This document shows, piece by piece, positions 11,574 through 20,693 of a stretch of DNA of 64,000 bases; position 1 is the first letter of the stretch, and each line of letters opens with the position of its first letter. The notes beneath the pieces were generated by a model, which worked only from the letters and a program-made list of their open reading frames with translations, did not search any database and was not told the origin of the DNA. The position numbers were made by a program, and so were the translations under genes. Location of the stretch: assembly GCA_050251055.1 (NCBI GenBank), contig JBFWNL010000004.1:64001-128000 (forward strand), read 5' to 3'. The stretch comes from Bacteriovoracia bacterium (GTDB taxonomy: Bacteria > Bdellovibrionota > UBA1018 > JBFWNL01).

Positions 11574-13586
11574 GTGATGAAGATTTGGGCTACTGAAAAC
11601 ACGCGTGTGTTTTTCCAGTCGATCTGGACGGGCATCATCTTGACCGTCGCCGGCAGCCTCGCCACGTCTTGCAAATACCAGCTCATGAATCCTATCTCCC
11701 GCACCGCGCTTCCTGAAGACGACGCGGTCGTGGACACAGAGCCCGCCCTGGCCCAGATCGCATATGTCGACGCCTCGAACACGAACGGGACGTACCTGGT
11801 GGACGAGCAGCTTTCGATTCAGGTGCATTTCGACGAAGCCGTCACCGTGACCGGCGTGCCCCGACTACGCTTGGCGACGAATCGCGACGCGCTCTACACG
11901 GGCGGCACCGGAACCTCCACGCTCACCTTCACCTACGCCGTACAAATCGGCGACTCCGCGAGCGACCTGAATTACTTGTCGACCACCAGCCTCACCATCG
12001 CCGGCGCTTCCATTAAAGATTCGGACGGAGCCGACGCTTACCTGGAGCTGCCTGTCCTGGCCGGAGCGAACTCCCTAGCCGGCAGGAAAAACCTCGCGCT
12101 CGACGCCGTCGAACAGACCGACACTTTTTTAATCGGGGCTCCGGCGCTCGCTTGCTATGATCCAGCGGTTTGCGACCATCCGATCTGGGCTTCGGTCATG
12201 ACCACGGTCTTTGTGCTGGGTGAAAACGGGAAACCCGAACTCAATACCCGGGTCGCGAGCTCGTTCACCTGGGTGAATGATCGAACCATCTCGATCGACA
12301 TGACGAGTGAATTCGGATCTTTCGGAGACGAGCTAAAGCTAGGCATAGGCCGGCTGCACGACCTCTTTATTAGCGCTACGCCCATCACGTGGCGGGAAAA
12401 CGATGTAGGCGAGCTCATCCGCCGCATGACGATCACCGGGGACGACAATACCGTGGGCATCGAATTCGACCGCGTGATCACACCGGACGAGGCATACGGG
12501 ATCCTGGCCATGCCGATGACGGGGCTGCTTAGTTTGGACAATGCCGGCGACCTGGATGGGGATGGAATCCTGACCAACTACCCGATTTCTTTCAATCACT
12601 ACAAAATCACTTCGTTTTCCGTGAATGATAAGATGCTCCTGGAAAGAAACGAAAACGTGGTCGACAGCGGAAATTCTTACATCTACACCTATCCTTCAGT
12701 GGAAGTACACTCGGTCACGAACGCGAGCCTGGTAGCCTCGTTTACTTCCGGACAAAGTTATCTCATCATCGGCAAACGCGAAGACTCGGTCACCGACAAC
12801 TTTGACTTCGTCGGCAATAACGGCGCCCGCGTCCAAGAAATCAAGGAACATTACATTTACCTGGCGCGGAGTTCGAGCTTGGTTTTAGACACTCCAGAAA
12901 AGCGGATTGCCTTCCTCGCTTACGCTAGAATCCAAAGTGATGACGTCTGCGGCAGCGATGGAAACGAACTCACCGAAAGCCTCTCGTTTAGCGTGCTCAC
13001 CGCGGACAGCCCGCTTGAATATGCGCGACTCAGTGACTCCAACCCTTCTACGAACTACGGCACGGACATCTCCCAGCTGGATGGCCTCACCATTGAGGTG
13101 CTCACTACGGATGAGCTGCAACAAGCGGTGGAGAGCTCGGTCGATGCGGTAGAAACGGCGTCAGGTAACGTGACGATTAACGTGTCCACCGTAGCCGCCG
13201 ATCAGCTTCCGGATACGCTCGCCACCATGAAATCGGGCGGATCGCTTCCGGATGCCTTGCTGATCCGCGTATCCGAAGCCGCTTTGCATATGGGAAATTT
13301 CGCATCTTTCCTGCGCTCCCTTAGCTACTTCCCGGTCCTAGGCAACGTCGACGCCACCTACGACGGATTCATTGCCGACATTTTGCCGACCGGGGACGGC
13401 GATATCGTCAGGTACGGAGACGCCTGGAGTTACCTAATGCACGAAGGCTACGCCAATCTTGCGGGCACTTGCCAGGTGGCCCAAGCCATCGTCCACCAGG
13501 ATCACGAAACCGCGTTTAGCCGGTCCAAGCTGAAGTTTCGGCCCCAGGACGCGGCACGATTTGAAGACACTGCCTTTACCTTTTGA
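11574..13586 (+). CDS. Acidic lipoprotein with an N-terminal Ig-like surface domain and a possible family-5 solute-binding-like region
   Basis: LATSC lipobox; FDEAVTVTGVPRL...YTGGTGTSTLTFTYAV surface-protein module. Confidence 0.7.
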   Translation: MMKIWATENTRVFFQSIWTGIILTVAGSLATSCKYQLMNPISRTALPEDDAVVDTEPALAQIAYVDASNTNGTYLVDEQLSIQVHFDEAVTVTGVPRLRLATNRDALYTGGTGTSTLTFTYAVQIGDSASDLNYLSTTSLTIAGASIKDSDGADAYLELPVLAGANSLAGRKNLALDAVEQTDTFLIGAPALACYDPAVCDHPIWASVMTTVFVLGENGKPELNTRVASSFTWVNDRTISIDMTSEFGSFGDELKLGIGRLHDLFISATPITWRENDVGELIRRMTITGDDNTVGIEFDRVITPDEAYGILAMPMTGLLSLDNAGDLDGDGILTNYPISFNHYKITSFSVNDKMLLERNENVVDSGNSYIYTYPSVEVHSVTNASLVASFTSGQSYLIIGKREDSVTDNFDFVGNNGARVQEIKEHYIYLARSSSLVLDTPEKRIAFLAYARIQSDDVCGSDGNELTESLSFSVLTADSPLEYARLSDSNPSTNYGTDISQLDGLTIEVLTTDELQQAVESSVDAVETASGNVTINVSTVAADQLPDTLATMKSGGSLPDALLIRVSEAALHMGNFASFLRSLSYFPVLGNVDATYDGFIADILPTGDGDIVRYGDAWSYLMHEGYANLAGTCQVAQAIVHQDHETAFSRSKLKFRPQDAARFEDTAFTF

Positions 13587-14151
13587 CCCCAGAAGGCATA
13601 CTATTCCAAATACCGTGTCCCGATCCGACCTGCACATCGCCACTTCTCGACTCGATATCCGAAACTGGCGTTCCCGCGACGCCGAGGCGTTCTTTGCGCT
13701 CGTTCAAGACGAAGGGTTTCACGCGCATGCGATCACGGTATATCGACAAACCGATCTCGCTTCTTCCCGGCGATGGGTGGACGATGCCGTCGCGACCTAC
13801 GACGCTACCGGCCTGGGGAAGTGGGCGATCTGGGAGCGCGAGACCCACCAGCTCGTAGGCATGGGCGGACTGACGGAATGGACGATAGGGGAGGAATCCT
13901 TGATCGATCTCACCTACCGATTCCGCACCTCCGCGTGGGGGAAAGGATACGGGACCGAATCGGCCTCCGCGATGGCGCATTTCGCATTCAATCAATTAGG
14001 GTTGAGTCAGATCACGGCGACCATCACGCCGGCCAATCTGGCCTCGAAGCGCGTGGCTTCACGTTTGGGAATGAAGCTTGATCGACGCATTACGCTTAAG
14101 GGCGTGGAGACTGACCTCTATCGGCTGGTCTCATCCTCTACTGTTTCGTAA
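13561..14151 (+). CDS. GNAT N-acetyltransferase (RimJ/RimL-like)
   Basis: TSRLDIR, AWGKGYGTESA and NLASKRVASRLGM motifs; start uncertain. Confidence 0.88.
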   Translation: MKTLPLPFDPRRHTIPNTVSRSDLHIATSRLDIRNWRSRDAEAFFALVQDEGFHAHAITVYRQTDLASSRRWVDDAVATYDATGLGKWAIWERETHQLVGMGGLTEWTIGEESLIDLTYRFRTSAWGKGYGTESASAMAHFAFNQLGLSQITATITPANLASKRVASRLGMKLDRRITLKGVETDLYRLVSSSTVS

Positions 14152-14533
14152 GGGGCGCCTCGGCATGGAGCGCGCACGCCCACTTCCCGTTTCGCTTTAC
14201 CCAGGTGGAGGCATCGGCAGCCCGGAAACGGGTTTCCTCACCATCGATCTCCATGTGCGTGTCCACCTGGTAGGTGACAATAGCGGCATTTTCACTCAAT
14301 AGCCGCACTTGTGTATCCGCTCCGAACTCGAAGCTTTTTAACCCTTCCTGATGCATTTCGAAGAGATTGCAAAATTCTGCCTCATCGACGGCGCGCGCGC
14401 CCTGGGGCCCGGCAATGAGGCAAGGAAAGTCCGTCAAATCCAAGGCGGTGTTAAGATCGTGATCCTGCATGGCCTGCCAATACTTTTTTTCTAAATCGAT
14501 CAGCTCTTGCTTTAAATTGGCTGCGTTTTGCAT
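14138..14533 (-). CDS. NTF2-like/DUF4440 protein
   Basis: LEKKYWQAM...STWVKRNGKWACALHAE; SD AGGAGG before ATG 14533. Confidence 0.85.
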   Translation of the reverse strand: MQNAANLKQELIDLEKKYWQAMQDHDLNTALDLTDFPCLIAGPQGARAVDEAEFCNLFEMHQEGLKSFEFGADTQVRLLSENAAIVTYQVDTHMEIDGEETRFRAADASTWVKRNGKWACALHAEAPLTKQ

Positions 14534-14659
14534 AAGTCCTCCTCGCCTCGAGAGCTGCATCGGTCGTGCCACGAGATTCACAATCGCCACGGGTTCGCCC
14601 GCGCGGCTCTCCCTTAAGGTGCGCCCTGGACTGGAGTTTGCATTCCCGTAGTGGCTTAG

Positions 14660-16381
14660 ATGAGTAAAATCGTTACGATAATAGCCGTGCTTTGGGGACT
14701 CGAGTGCGCGGCGTTTGACCCGCATTTGTGCCAAAACGTGACACTTACGGCGCGTCCAATCCCGGAATTTACCGCCGAAGAAAAAGTGTTCCTGTGCGGT
14801 GACCCCGCCGTGCACGAATGGCGCAATCTTCCTCTCAAGCAAGTTGAATTTCATGCGCGCTCTTTTCTACAATCTAGGGGGTATCATTCGCCCATCTTTT
14901 CCACTCGCTCGGATCATCTCACCATCGATCCCGGTCTGGTCACGTCCGTTTCGGAAATAAATGTAGAACAATCGCCAATCCCCGTTTCGCTCCATCGACT
15001 TCGGAACATAATTGGCCAACCCTTGACGCCCGGAATATTGGAAATAGTAGAGAGCGAGATCAAAGGCCGAATGCAAGCAAACGGGTACGCATGCCCGATG
15101 ATTCGCGTGACCGGAAACCCAAAAAACGGCGCCATCGTCACGGCGGTGGATGCCGGTCCGATCGCTTCGTTTGGAGAAATTGATCACGACGAAATTCCTG
15201 GGGTGAATTCAACAGTCATCGCACGCTACTACCCCTTCGAAGCTAACGATCCATTCGACTCCCGGAAGTTAGACTTGGCTCAGGTCCGCACCAGCTTATC
15301 GAGCATTGTTTTTAGCAATTCCTTCCTGTTAGGGTGCGAGGAAACGCGCCAAGCAAAAATAAGGCATCATTTGATCGTGGGAGGGCCAAACCTCGTCCGG
15401 TTTGCCGTGGGCGCGAATACGGAATTTGGCCCCATCGCCCGCGCCGAATGGGGCAATAGCCGAGTAGGAAACAACGCTTCGCAATTTAATATTTCGGGTC
15501 GCATTAGCTTAAGGGATCAAAAACTCGTGACTTGGGCTAACGTTTACTTTGATCCGCACACGCGATGGCATCTGGCGCCTGAGTTTGGCCTCCAGCGATT
15601 CGACGAAGAACGAAACGCTTCCTTTCAAATCACGAATCACGTCGGGGCCAAAGGCTCCATGGACCGCGGTGATTTCAGGTATACGCTTTTTATCGGACCT
15701 GGCACCACCTTTATTCAGCGGCTGAAAGGGGTGGGCCTGGATCAGAGCTTCACGTCTTCACTCAACGTCAGTCTAGAGGCCCTTAGTCATCCATTGGAGC
15801 TCGGGCGGGCGAACCCCACCCAAGGTACGCTCCTTCTATTTCAAAATAAAAATAGCCTGGACGGCCTATTGTCGTCGGTGAATGCTTTTACCTTTGATTT
15901 AAGCGGAATTCATTTTTTAAACCTCCTGGATCTCGAACCTCCGCTGGTTGTCCTTTCCTTTCGATTTCGCGCGACGACCACCCTGACGGATCAAAATCAT
16001 AACTCGCCCCTCAGCCTTCCGCTTAATTACCGAAACTACTTAGGGGGAGCTAAGGATATTCGCGGATTTGGTCGAAACGAAATTCCCGCATCCCCGGCCG
16101 GTGCCCTGACGCTTTTAACTTGGGGTACGGAAGCCAGAGTGGATATTCCAGGAATCTCCCAGCTTTATCTACTAGGCTTTTGGGATTTTGGGTATTTGGG
16201 TACCCAAATGTCTAGCTTGGACCGAACGCTCTACACATCTCCCGGGTTCGGCCTCTATTGGGTGTCGCCCATTGGGGTTTTGAAAGGGACGTTGGCGCAC
16301 GGGGTGGTGTTTCATGATACTCCTGAAACCCAAGTCCCCACGCACTGGCAATTCTATGTTTCATTTGGCGGGGACATATGA
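14660..16381 (+). CDS. TamA/BamA (Omp85) family outer-membrane protein
   Basis: POTRA-like N-terminus; YLGGAKDIRGF, FWDFG, SPIG and QFYVSFG motifs. Confidence 0.85.
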   Translation: MSKIVTIIAVLWGLECAAFDPHLCQNVTLTARPIPEFTAEEKVFLCGDPAVHEWRNLPLKQVEFHARSFLQSRGYHSPIFSTRSDHLTIDPGLVTSVSEINVEQSPIPVSLHRLRNIIGQPLTPGILEIVESEIKGRMQANGYACPMIRVTGNPKNGAIVTAVDAGPIASFGEIDHDEIPGVNSTVIARYYPFEANDPFDSRKLDLAQVRTSLSSIVFSNSFLLGCEETRQAKIRHHLIVGGPNLVRFAVGANTEFGPIARAEWGNSRVGNNASQFNISGRISLRDQKLVTWANVYFDPHTRWHLAPEFGLQRFDEERNASFQITNHVGAKGSMDRGDFRYTLFIGPGTTFIQRLKGVGLDQSFTSSLNVSLEALSHPLELGRANPTQGTLLLFQNKNSLDGLLSSVNAFTFDLSGIHFLNLLDLEPPLVVLSFRFRATTTLTDQNHNSPLSLPLNYRNYLGGAKDIRGFGRNEIPASPAGALTLLTWGTEARVDIPGISQLYLLGFWDFGYLGTQMSSLDRTLYTSPGFGLYWVSPIGVLKGTLAHGVVFHDTPETQVPTHWQFYVSFGGDI

Positions 16382-18657
16382 AGTGGATCGTCGGCTGCCT
16401 CGTCTCGATAGGGATTTTGTTGGTTTTCAGCCTCCGGATCGAAGACTGGCTGAGCGTTTCCAGAGCGCGCTGGCTGTACGAGCATGCCCTGTCGTCAGAC
16501 ATTCGGATTCCTTGGGACAAACTTTCATTGGAGATAGAAGCCGAATCTCTTTTTAAAAAAACCGTTCATTTACGCGGGAAGGACGTTTGTCTGGATTTCC
16601 CGTCTGATGGTTTAGAAGTTTGCGCGAAGGATGTCGAGCTCTTAGTAAAGCTAGATTTTTCGCACGTCGTTCAGTCTCTAAGGGAAATCACCCGGCTTCA
16701 CCTCGGCGATCTTTCGATTCACGCCAAGATCAAGCCCTCGGAAAGCCCCGCCGCAACTCATGAGAAGACGACGGTGAATTCCTTACTGGCGACCCTCGAA
16801 GGGCGCGCGGCGCCCGCCTGGCTGGAAGAAACGACGATCAGAAGCCTAGATATCGCGCCGATCCACGCCAAGCTCGAATCTGCCGAAGGGACCCGCTCCG
16901 GAAACGGTCATCTCAAGTGCGAGACGCTTGCGGAAGATCGTCGGTTAACGTGCGCGTTGAATCTGACGGCGTCGAGACCGACGCAAAGCCGCTATCCCAT
17001 CTTTAAAGTATCCGCGGATTTGACTTCAAGAGAAGGGCGAATTTTTCGCCCTGAACAAGCCCAAGTCAAAGTATCCGGGCGCCTTCAGTCAAATCGGGAG
17101 ATCCAGGCAAAATTGACCTTGATGAGGGAGCAAAGTCACATTTGGGAGATTGCGCTGACTACCCACGGAAAGTGGGATGGGGAAAAATATCGAATCGAAG
17201 GGAAGGGATCGGTCTCGAATAAGACTATTTCTTTTGATTTCCATGCCAATGCCGGCGCCGGTATTCCCCGAGTCGCGCTCAAATCCTGCCATTTCCTCGC
17301 TAACCCGGAGAATTTCAGAACCTTGAAACTGAGCTGCTCAGGAAGCGCGCACCTGGCCAGGGAAATCAAGAGCGTGCTGTCGTTTCAGGCGGAGGTGAGC
17401 CTTAAACGCAATGAATCTGAGAAAAATCCCATTGAGTTTACCTCCCGGATCGATATGCAACCCATGTCTGATCCCATCGCCCCCGCCATCGGCTGGGTGG
17501 AAACGAAATTCTTAGGGGACGCGTCGAATTTTTTTAAAGAACAGCGCGTCGATTGCGCCTTCAAATGGGCCGGAATTCCTTTTCAAAGATTGAGGAAGGA
17601 GTTAGAGGGCTTTCATATAAACATTCCCGCACCCTTTCACGTCTTAAATGGGAAATTGAAGGTAGATTTGGCTTGCCAGCCTCATCGCAAAGGAGGCGAG
17701 TTCCAATTCCCGGTAAATGTATCGGGAAAACTCTCGTCGCGAAACCAGCGCCTCGACTGGACAACTACGGGGACTCTCCGCTGGGATCCGCATGACGCAG
17801 ATACGGACCCCGCTCTCTACCTCGATCTAGATTCGTTTATCGATAAGGGGCGAGTCGTGCTTCCTAGGCTCAATGTACGCTCACTTCCGCACTTGTTTTC
17901 TAGTTCCGATTTTTTGACCGAAGTGCGTGCGGCGACGGCTTCCCTGATTGCATACCGACTCAAGATTCAGACCCGATCTGAGCCTCTCTTCGTTTCTTCT
18001 AACCTCGCTAAAAACCTAATCCCGATTTCCGGCACCGTCGAAATAAAAAGCGACCGTCCGACTATGGCTAGCATCCAAGTGAGCAATGTGGACCTAGAGC
18101 TGTTTCGGAGAAAAGCAAAACTCGAGCATCTCAATTTCGTGTTGAATTCTTCGTCTTCCGCCGCGCAAGTGGATGGCAAGCTGGAAGTTCCAAGCCTGGA
18201 TTATACAGTGCTGGTAACCCTTTCCGGCACTACCGATTCTCCCCAAATCACCTTGCATAGTGAGCCTCCTTTGCCGGATAACGAAATCGTCGCGGTTCTT
18301 TTATACGGCAGCCCTGCCGACGAAACGAGCTTGAGCGACGCCGACGACGTGCGAAATACGCAGTCCATGCTACTGAGTCGCTCCGTCAGCTTGCTGTCTT
18401 TGTACGTTTTCGCCTATACCCCCATCCAACGAATTGATTTCAACCCTGATCAAAAGAAGGTGGCGGCGGCGTTCAAGGCCAGCGACCGCATTACCGTTTC
18501 CTTGGGCGCGGCCGCTCGTGATTCCAGGACTAGCGGAACTCTGGGCGTCCGGCGAAAAATAGGTAATTCTTGGTCCGTCGTGACCGAGTTAAATTCCGCC
18601 GGATCGAAGGAAACCTCCAGCGGATCCGCGTGGCTGGAATGGTCCAAACGATACTGA
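16378..18657 (+). CDS. TamB-like translocation/assembly module protein
   Basis: N-terminal anchor; C-terminal SGTTDSPQITLHSEPPLPDNEIVAVLLYG and WSKRY; ATGA coupling to the Omp85 gene. Confidence 0.8.
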   Translation: MKWIVGCLVSIGILLVFSLRIEDWLSVSRARWLYEHALSSDIRIPWDKLSLEIEAESLFKKTVHLRGKDVCLDFPSDGLEVCAKDVELLVKLDFSHVVQSLREITRLHLGDLSIHAKIKPSESPAATHEKTTVNSLLATLEGRAAPAWLEETTIRSLDIAPIHAKLESAEGTRSGNGHLKCETLAEDRRLTCALNLTASRPTQSRYPIFKVSADLTSREGRIFRPEQAQVKVSGRLQSNREIQAKLTLMREQSHIWEIALTTHGKWDGEKYRIEGKGSVSNKTISFDFHANAGAGIPRVALKSCHFLANPENFRTLKLSCSGSAHLAREIKSVLSFQAEVSLKRNESEKNPIEFTSRIDMQPMSDPIAPAIGWVETKFLGDASNFFKEQRVDCAFKWAGIPFQRLRKELEGFHINIPAPFHVLNGKLKVDLACQPHRKGGEFQFPVNVSGKLSSRNQRLDWTTTGTLRWDPHDADTDPALYLDLDSFIDKGRVVLPRLNVRSLPHLFSSSDFLTEVRAATASLIAYRLKIQTRSEPLFVSSNLAKNLIPISGTVEIKSDRPTMASIQVSNVDLELFRRKAKLEHLNFVLNSSSSAAQVDGKLEVPSLDYTVLVTLSGTTDSPQITLHSEPPLPDNEIVAVLLYGSPADETSLSDADDVRNTQSMLLSRSVSLLSLYVFAYTPIQRIDFNPDQKKVAAAFKASDRITVSLGAAARDSRTSGTLGVRRKIGNSWSVVTELNSAGSKETSSGSAWLEWSKRY

Positions 18658-18976
18658 CAACCGATGATGGATAAGATGGCAGATCAAGGGAACTCTGGCA
18701 CCCGCGCGGAACATTTTTGTGCTTTGGTCAACGGCGTCGCTGATCGTTCCGCGTGAGGCACCGATCAGCATCAGAAAATCGAACCCGAATTGATAAACGG
18801 TGTCACGATCCAGGTTGGATTTGCTCAGCGCCGCGATTTTCTCCATGGATTCGTCCATGTTTTTTTTGCGTCGCTACACGTGTCGGAGTGAATGGCGATG
18901 GAGAAACCCAAAGTATTCCGCTCTTCCCGAGGCGTATTGTAAATTGGTTCCACCTCCTGCACCCACAAGCATCGGC

Positions 18977-19252
18977 CTAACGAAACCACTTCTTGGCGCT
19001 AGGCCGGCGGTGTGGACAACCTGGCCAACAACACGGACGACGCTTTCCCTCGGCGAGCTCTTCGCGCGCACGCGCGATCCGATGTTGACGCGTTTTTTCC
19101 TGTTTTGCCGAAGTCACCCAGCAGACCCACTCGTTGCGAGCAAGTGGAGTAATTTCTTTCCATGCCGTCTGGGCGGCCGACACCGACGCCAAAGCTTGGC
19201 GAAAGTCGGGGGGAATTTTGTGGACGGGGCCCGGAACTTTTTTCTTACTCAT
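18977..19252 (-). CDS. YdeI/OmpD-associated family protein
   Basis: IPPDFRQAL, ITPLARNEWVCWVTSAKQEKTR and GKRRPCCWPGCPHR motifs. Confidence 0.9.
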   Translation of the reverse strand: MSKKKVPGPVHKIPPDFRQALASVSAAQTAWKEITPLARNEWVCWVTSAKQEKTRQHRIARAREELAEGKRRPCCWPGCPHRRPSAKKWFR

Positions 19253-19289
19253 AGATGAAACCCTAGCCCCTACGGTTCCAAAGTGTAAT

Positions 19290-19331
19290 TAAAAACGCGA
19301 GGATCGCGACCCTCTTGGCCTCGATCCTCGC
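19290..19331 (-). terminator. Rho-independent terminator of the Cys-rich gene
   Basis: GCGAGGATCG...CGATCCTCGC stem followed by a T tract on the minus strand. Confidence 0.65.
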
Positions 19332-19362
19332 AATTTCTTTATTTACTCTCTAAGAAAACCGC

Positions 19363-19986
19363 CTAAAACTCGGCGCACGTCCCACATCCGATATTGATGT
19401 ATCCATGATCGGCGCCACCTTGGGTATGTTCCATTTCGCAGCTATAGTGACATTTCCCGTTCGGAAGAGGAAGGTACCTAAGAATAGGCTGGCTGGAGAT
19501 CATTCTGTACGGAGTGACCGTACCGCACAAGTTCGGTTCCAGCCGATTTTTCACGCAGGGATTGGAGATGGCTGGACATCGAGGCGCGACGTTTGCTTCT
19601 TCTTTACAGTGAGCCCGGCCATAAAGCATATCTGCCCACGAGCTACAGTTTCTTTGCGCGTCTTCATTTAAAGAATCCAGGAGATTTTTGCGGTCATTAT
19701 ATGCTTGCGCGCACCTTTCACCAAACTCTTCGACTTGTGAGTTATCGCCACCGGAATTGGGACAAGCGGCTTCACCGTATGGAATCGTGTATTTGAATGA
19801 ATCGCCCCGGCTACTTCCTTTGTTCTTATAGGTTGGTCCTGCTGGATAAATGAATTGGACCAGCTCGGACCTTCCACAAGCAATTTCAATTGTCCTAGGG
19901 ACAGTGTTACCAGTGTAGTCTGCAAAAACCTGCGGCATTAATACCCAGCCCAATACCCCTACCCATAAAAGTACGTTCTTTTCCAT
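19363..19986 (-). CDS. Secreted Cys-rich hypothetical protein (12 Cys)
   Basis: SD AGGAGG, signal peptide ending VFA, AT-richer coding sequence. Confidence 0.8.
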   Translation of the reverse strand: MEKNVLLWVGVLGWVLMPQVFADYTGNTVPRTIEIACGRSELVQFIYPAGPTYKNKGSSRGDSFKYTIPYGEAACPNSGGDNSQVEEFGERCAQAYNDRKNLLDSLNEDAQRNCSSWADMLYGRAHCKEEANVAPRCPAISNPCVKNRLEPNLCGTVTPYRMISSQPILRYLPLPNGKCHYSCEMEHTQGGADHGYINIGCGTCAEF

Positions 19987-20338
19987 TTCCCCTCCTGATG
20001 TTGTTTGAGTGAACCCTTTGACAGTATATAAAAATATAATGCACTGCACAATGTAATTATATATAAATTAAAATCAATTAATATTAAATACTTATAGTAA
20101 TAAAAAAATTTTAATGCATTAAACTGTATCTATTGCAACTTTGGACTCAACAAACCTCACAAAGGAATTCAAGAAACTTCCCATAGGAGGTCCCAGGCGA
20201 TCGCTCCATTAATACAATTCAACCAACAATTGGGAGTCGCCTTCCGGTCTTCGCGCTCACGCGCTCAGCCTGTAGACCGGGCTCAGGGCGCGCCCGTAAA
20301 CGGGCACCCGCGCCCCTGCGCGTTTCGCTATTTATAAA

Positions 20339-20533
20339 CCACCCTTTCTCAATCATCGCCCCGAGCGTTACCGCCCAGCCTTTTGAAACACGAATGTCTT
20401 CCCTGAGGGGGCGTCTGCGGGCCACGAAGGCGTTGAGCAGTCGAGCCCATGGATGGGCGTCCCCCTCAGGGAAGACATTCGTGTTTCAAAAGGCTGGATG
20501 AGAAATTTTTCGGCGATGATTGAGAAATGGTGG
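20339..20533. repeat. Long bipartite inverted repeat overlapping the tRNA 3' end
   Basis: Perfect 37-bp arms at 20375-20411 and 20461-20497; outer 22-bp arms at 20339-20360 and 20512-20533 with one mismatch. Confidence 0.95.
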
Positions 20534-20603
20534 AGATGATGGGAGTCGAACCCACGGCCTTTGCATTGCGAACGCAACGCTCTACCAACTGAGCTACATC
20601 CCC
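20528..20603 (-). tRNA. tRNA-Ala (anticodon CGC)
   Basis: GGGGATGTAGCTCAGTTGGTAGAGCG-TTGCGTTCGCAATGCAA-AGGCCGTGGGTTCGACTCCCATCATCTCCACCA; 76 nt, G3:U70 pair, encoded CCA. Confidence 0.98.
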
Positions 20604-20693
20604 ACCCAATGGATGCCTATGATTTAACTCAGCTTCTTGCCGTGAGCAAGCCCGGTTTTTGCCCCCCAGACCTTTGTGATAAGGATGAAACTA

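Noticed and set aside
20041-20068. dif-like sequence GCACTGCACAA-TGTAAT-TATATATAAAT
   Set aside because: The XerD arm matches TTATGTTAAAT poorly; likely chance in AT-rich DNA.
20375-20497. 37-bp repeat as a CRISPR repeat
   Set aside because: Only two copies, inverted rather than direct, and no cas genes.
20219-20577. Short ORFs 20219..20425 and 20368..20577
   Set aside because: They are translations of the tRNA and inverted repeat, with no coding signals.
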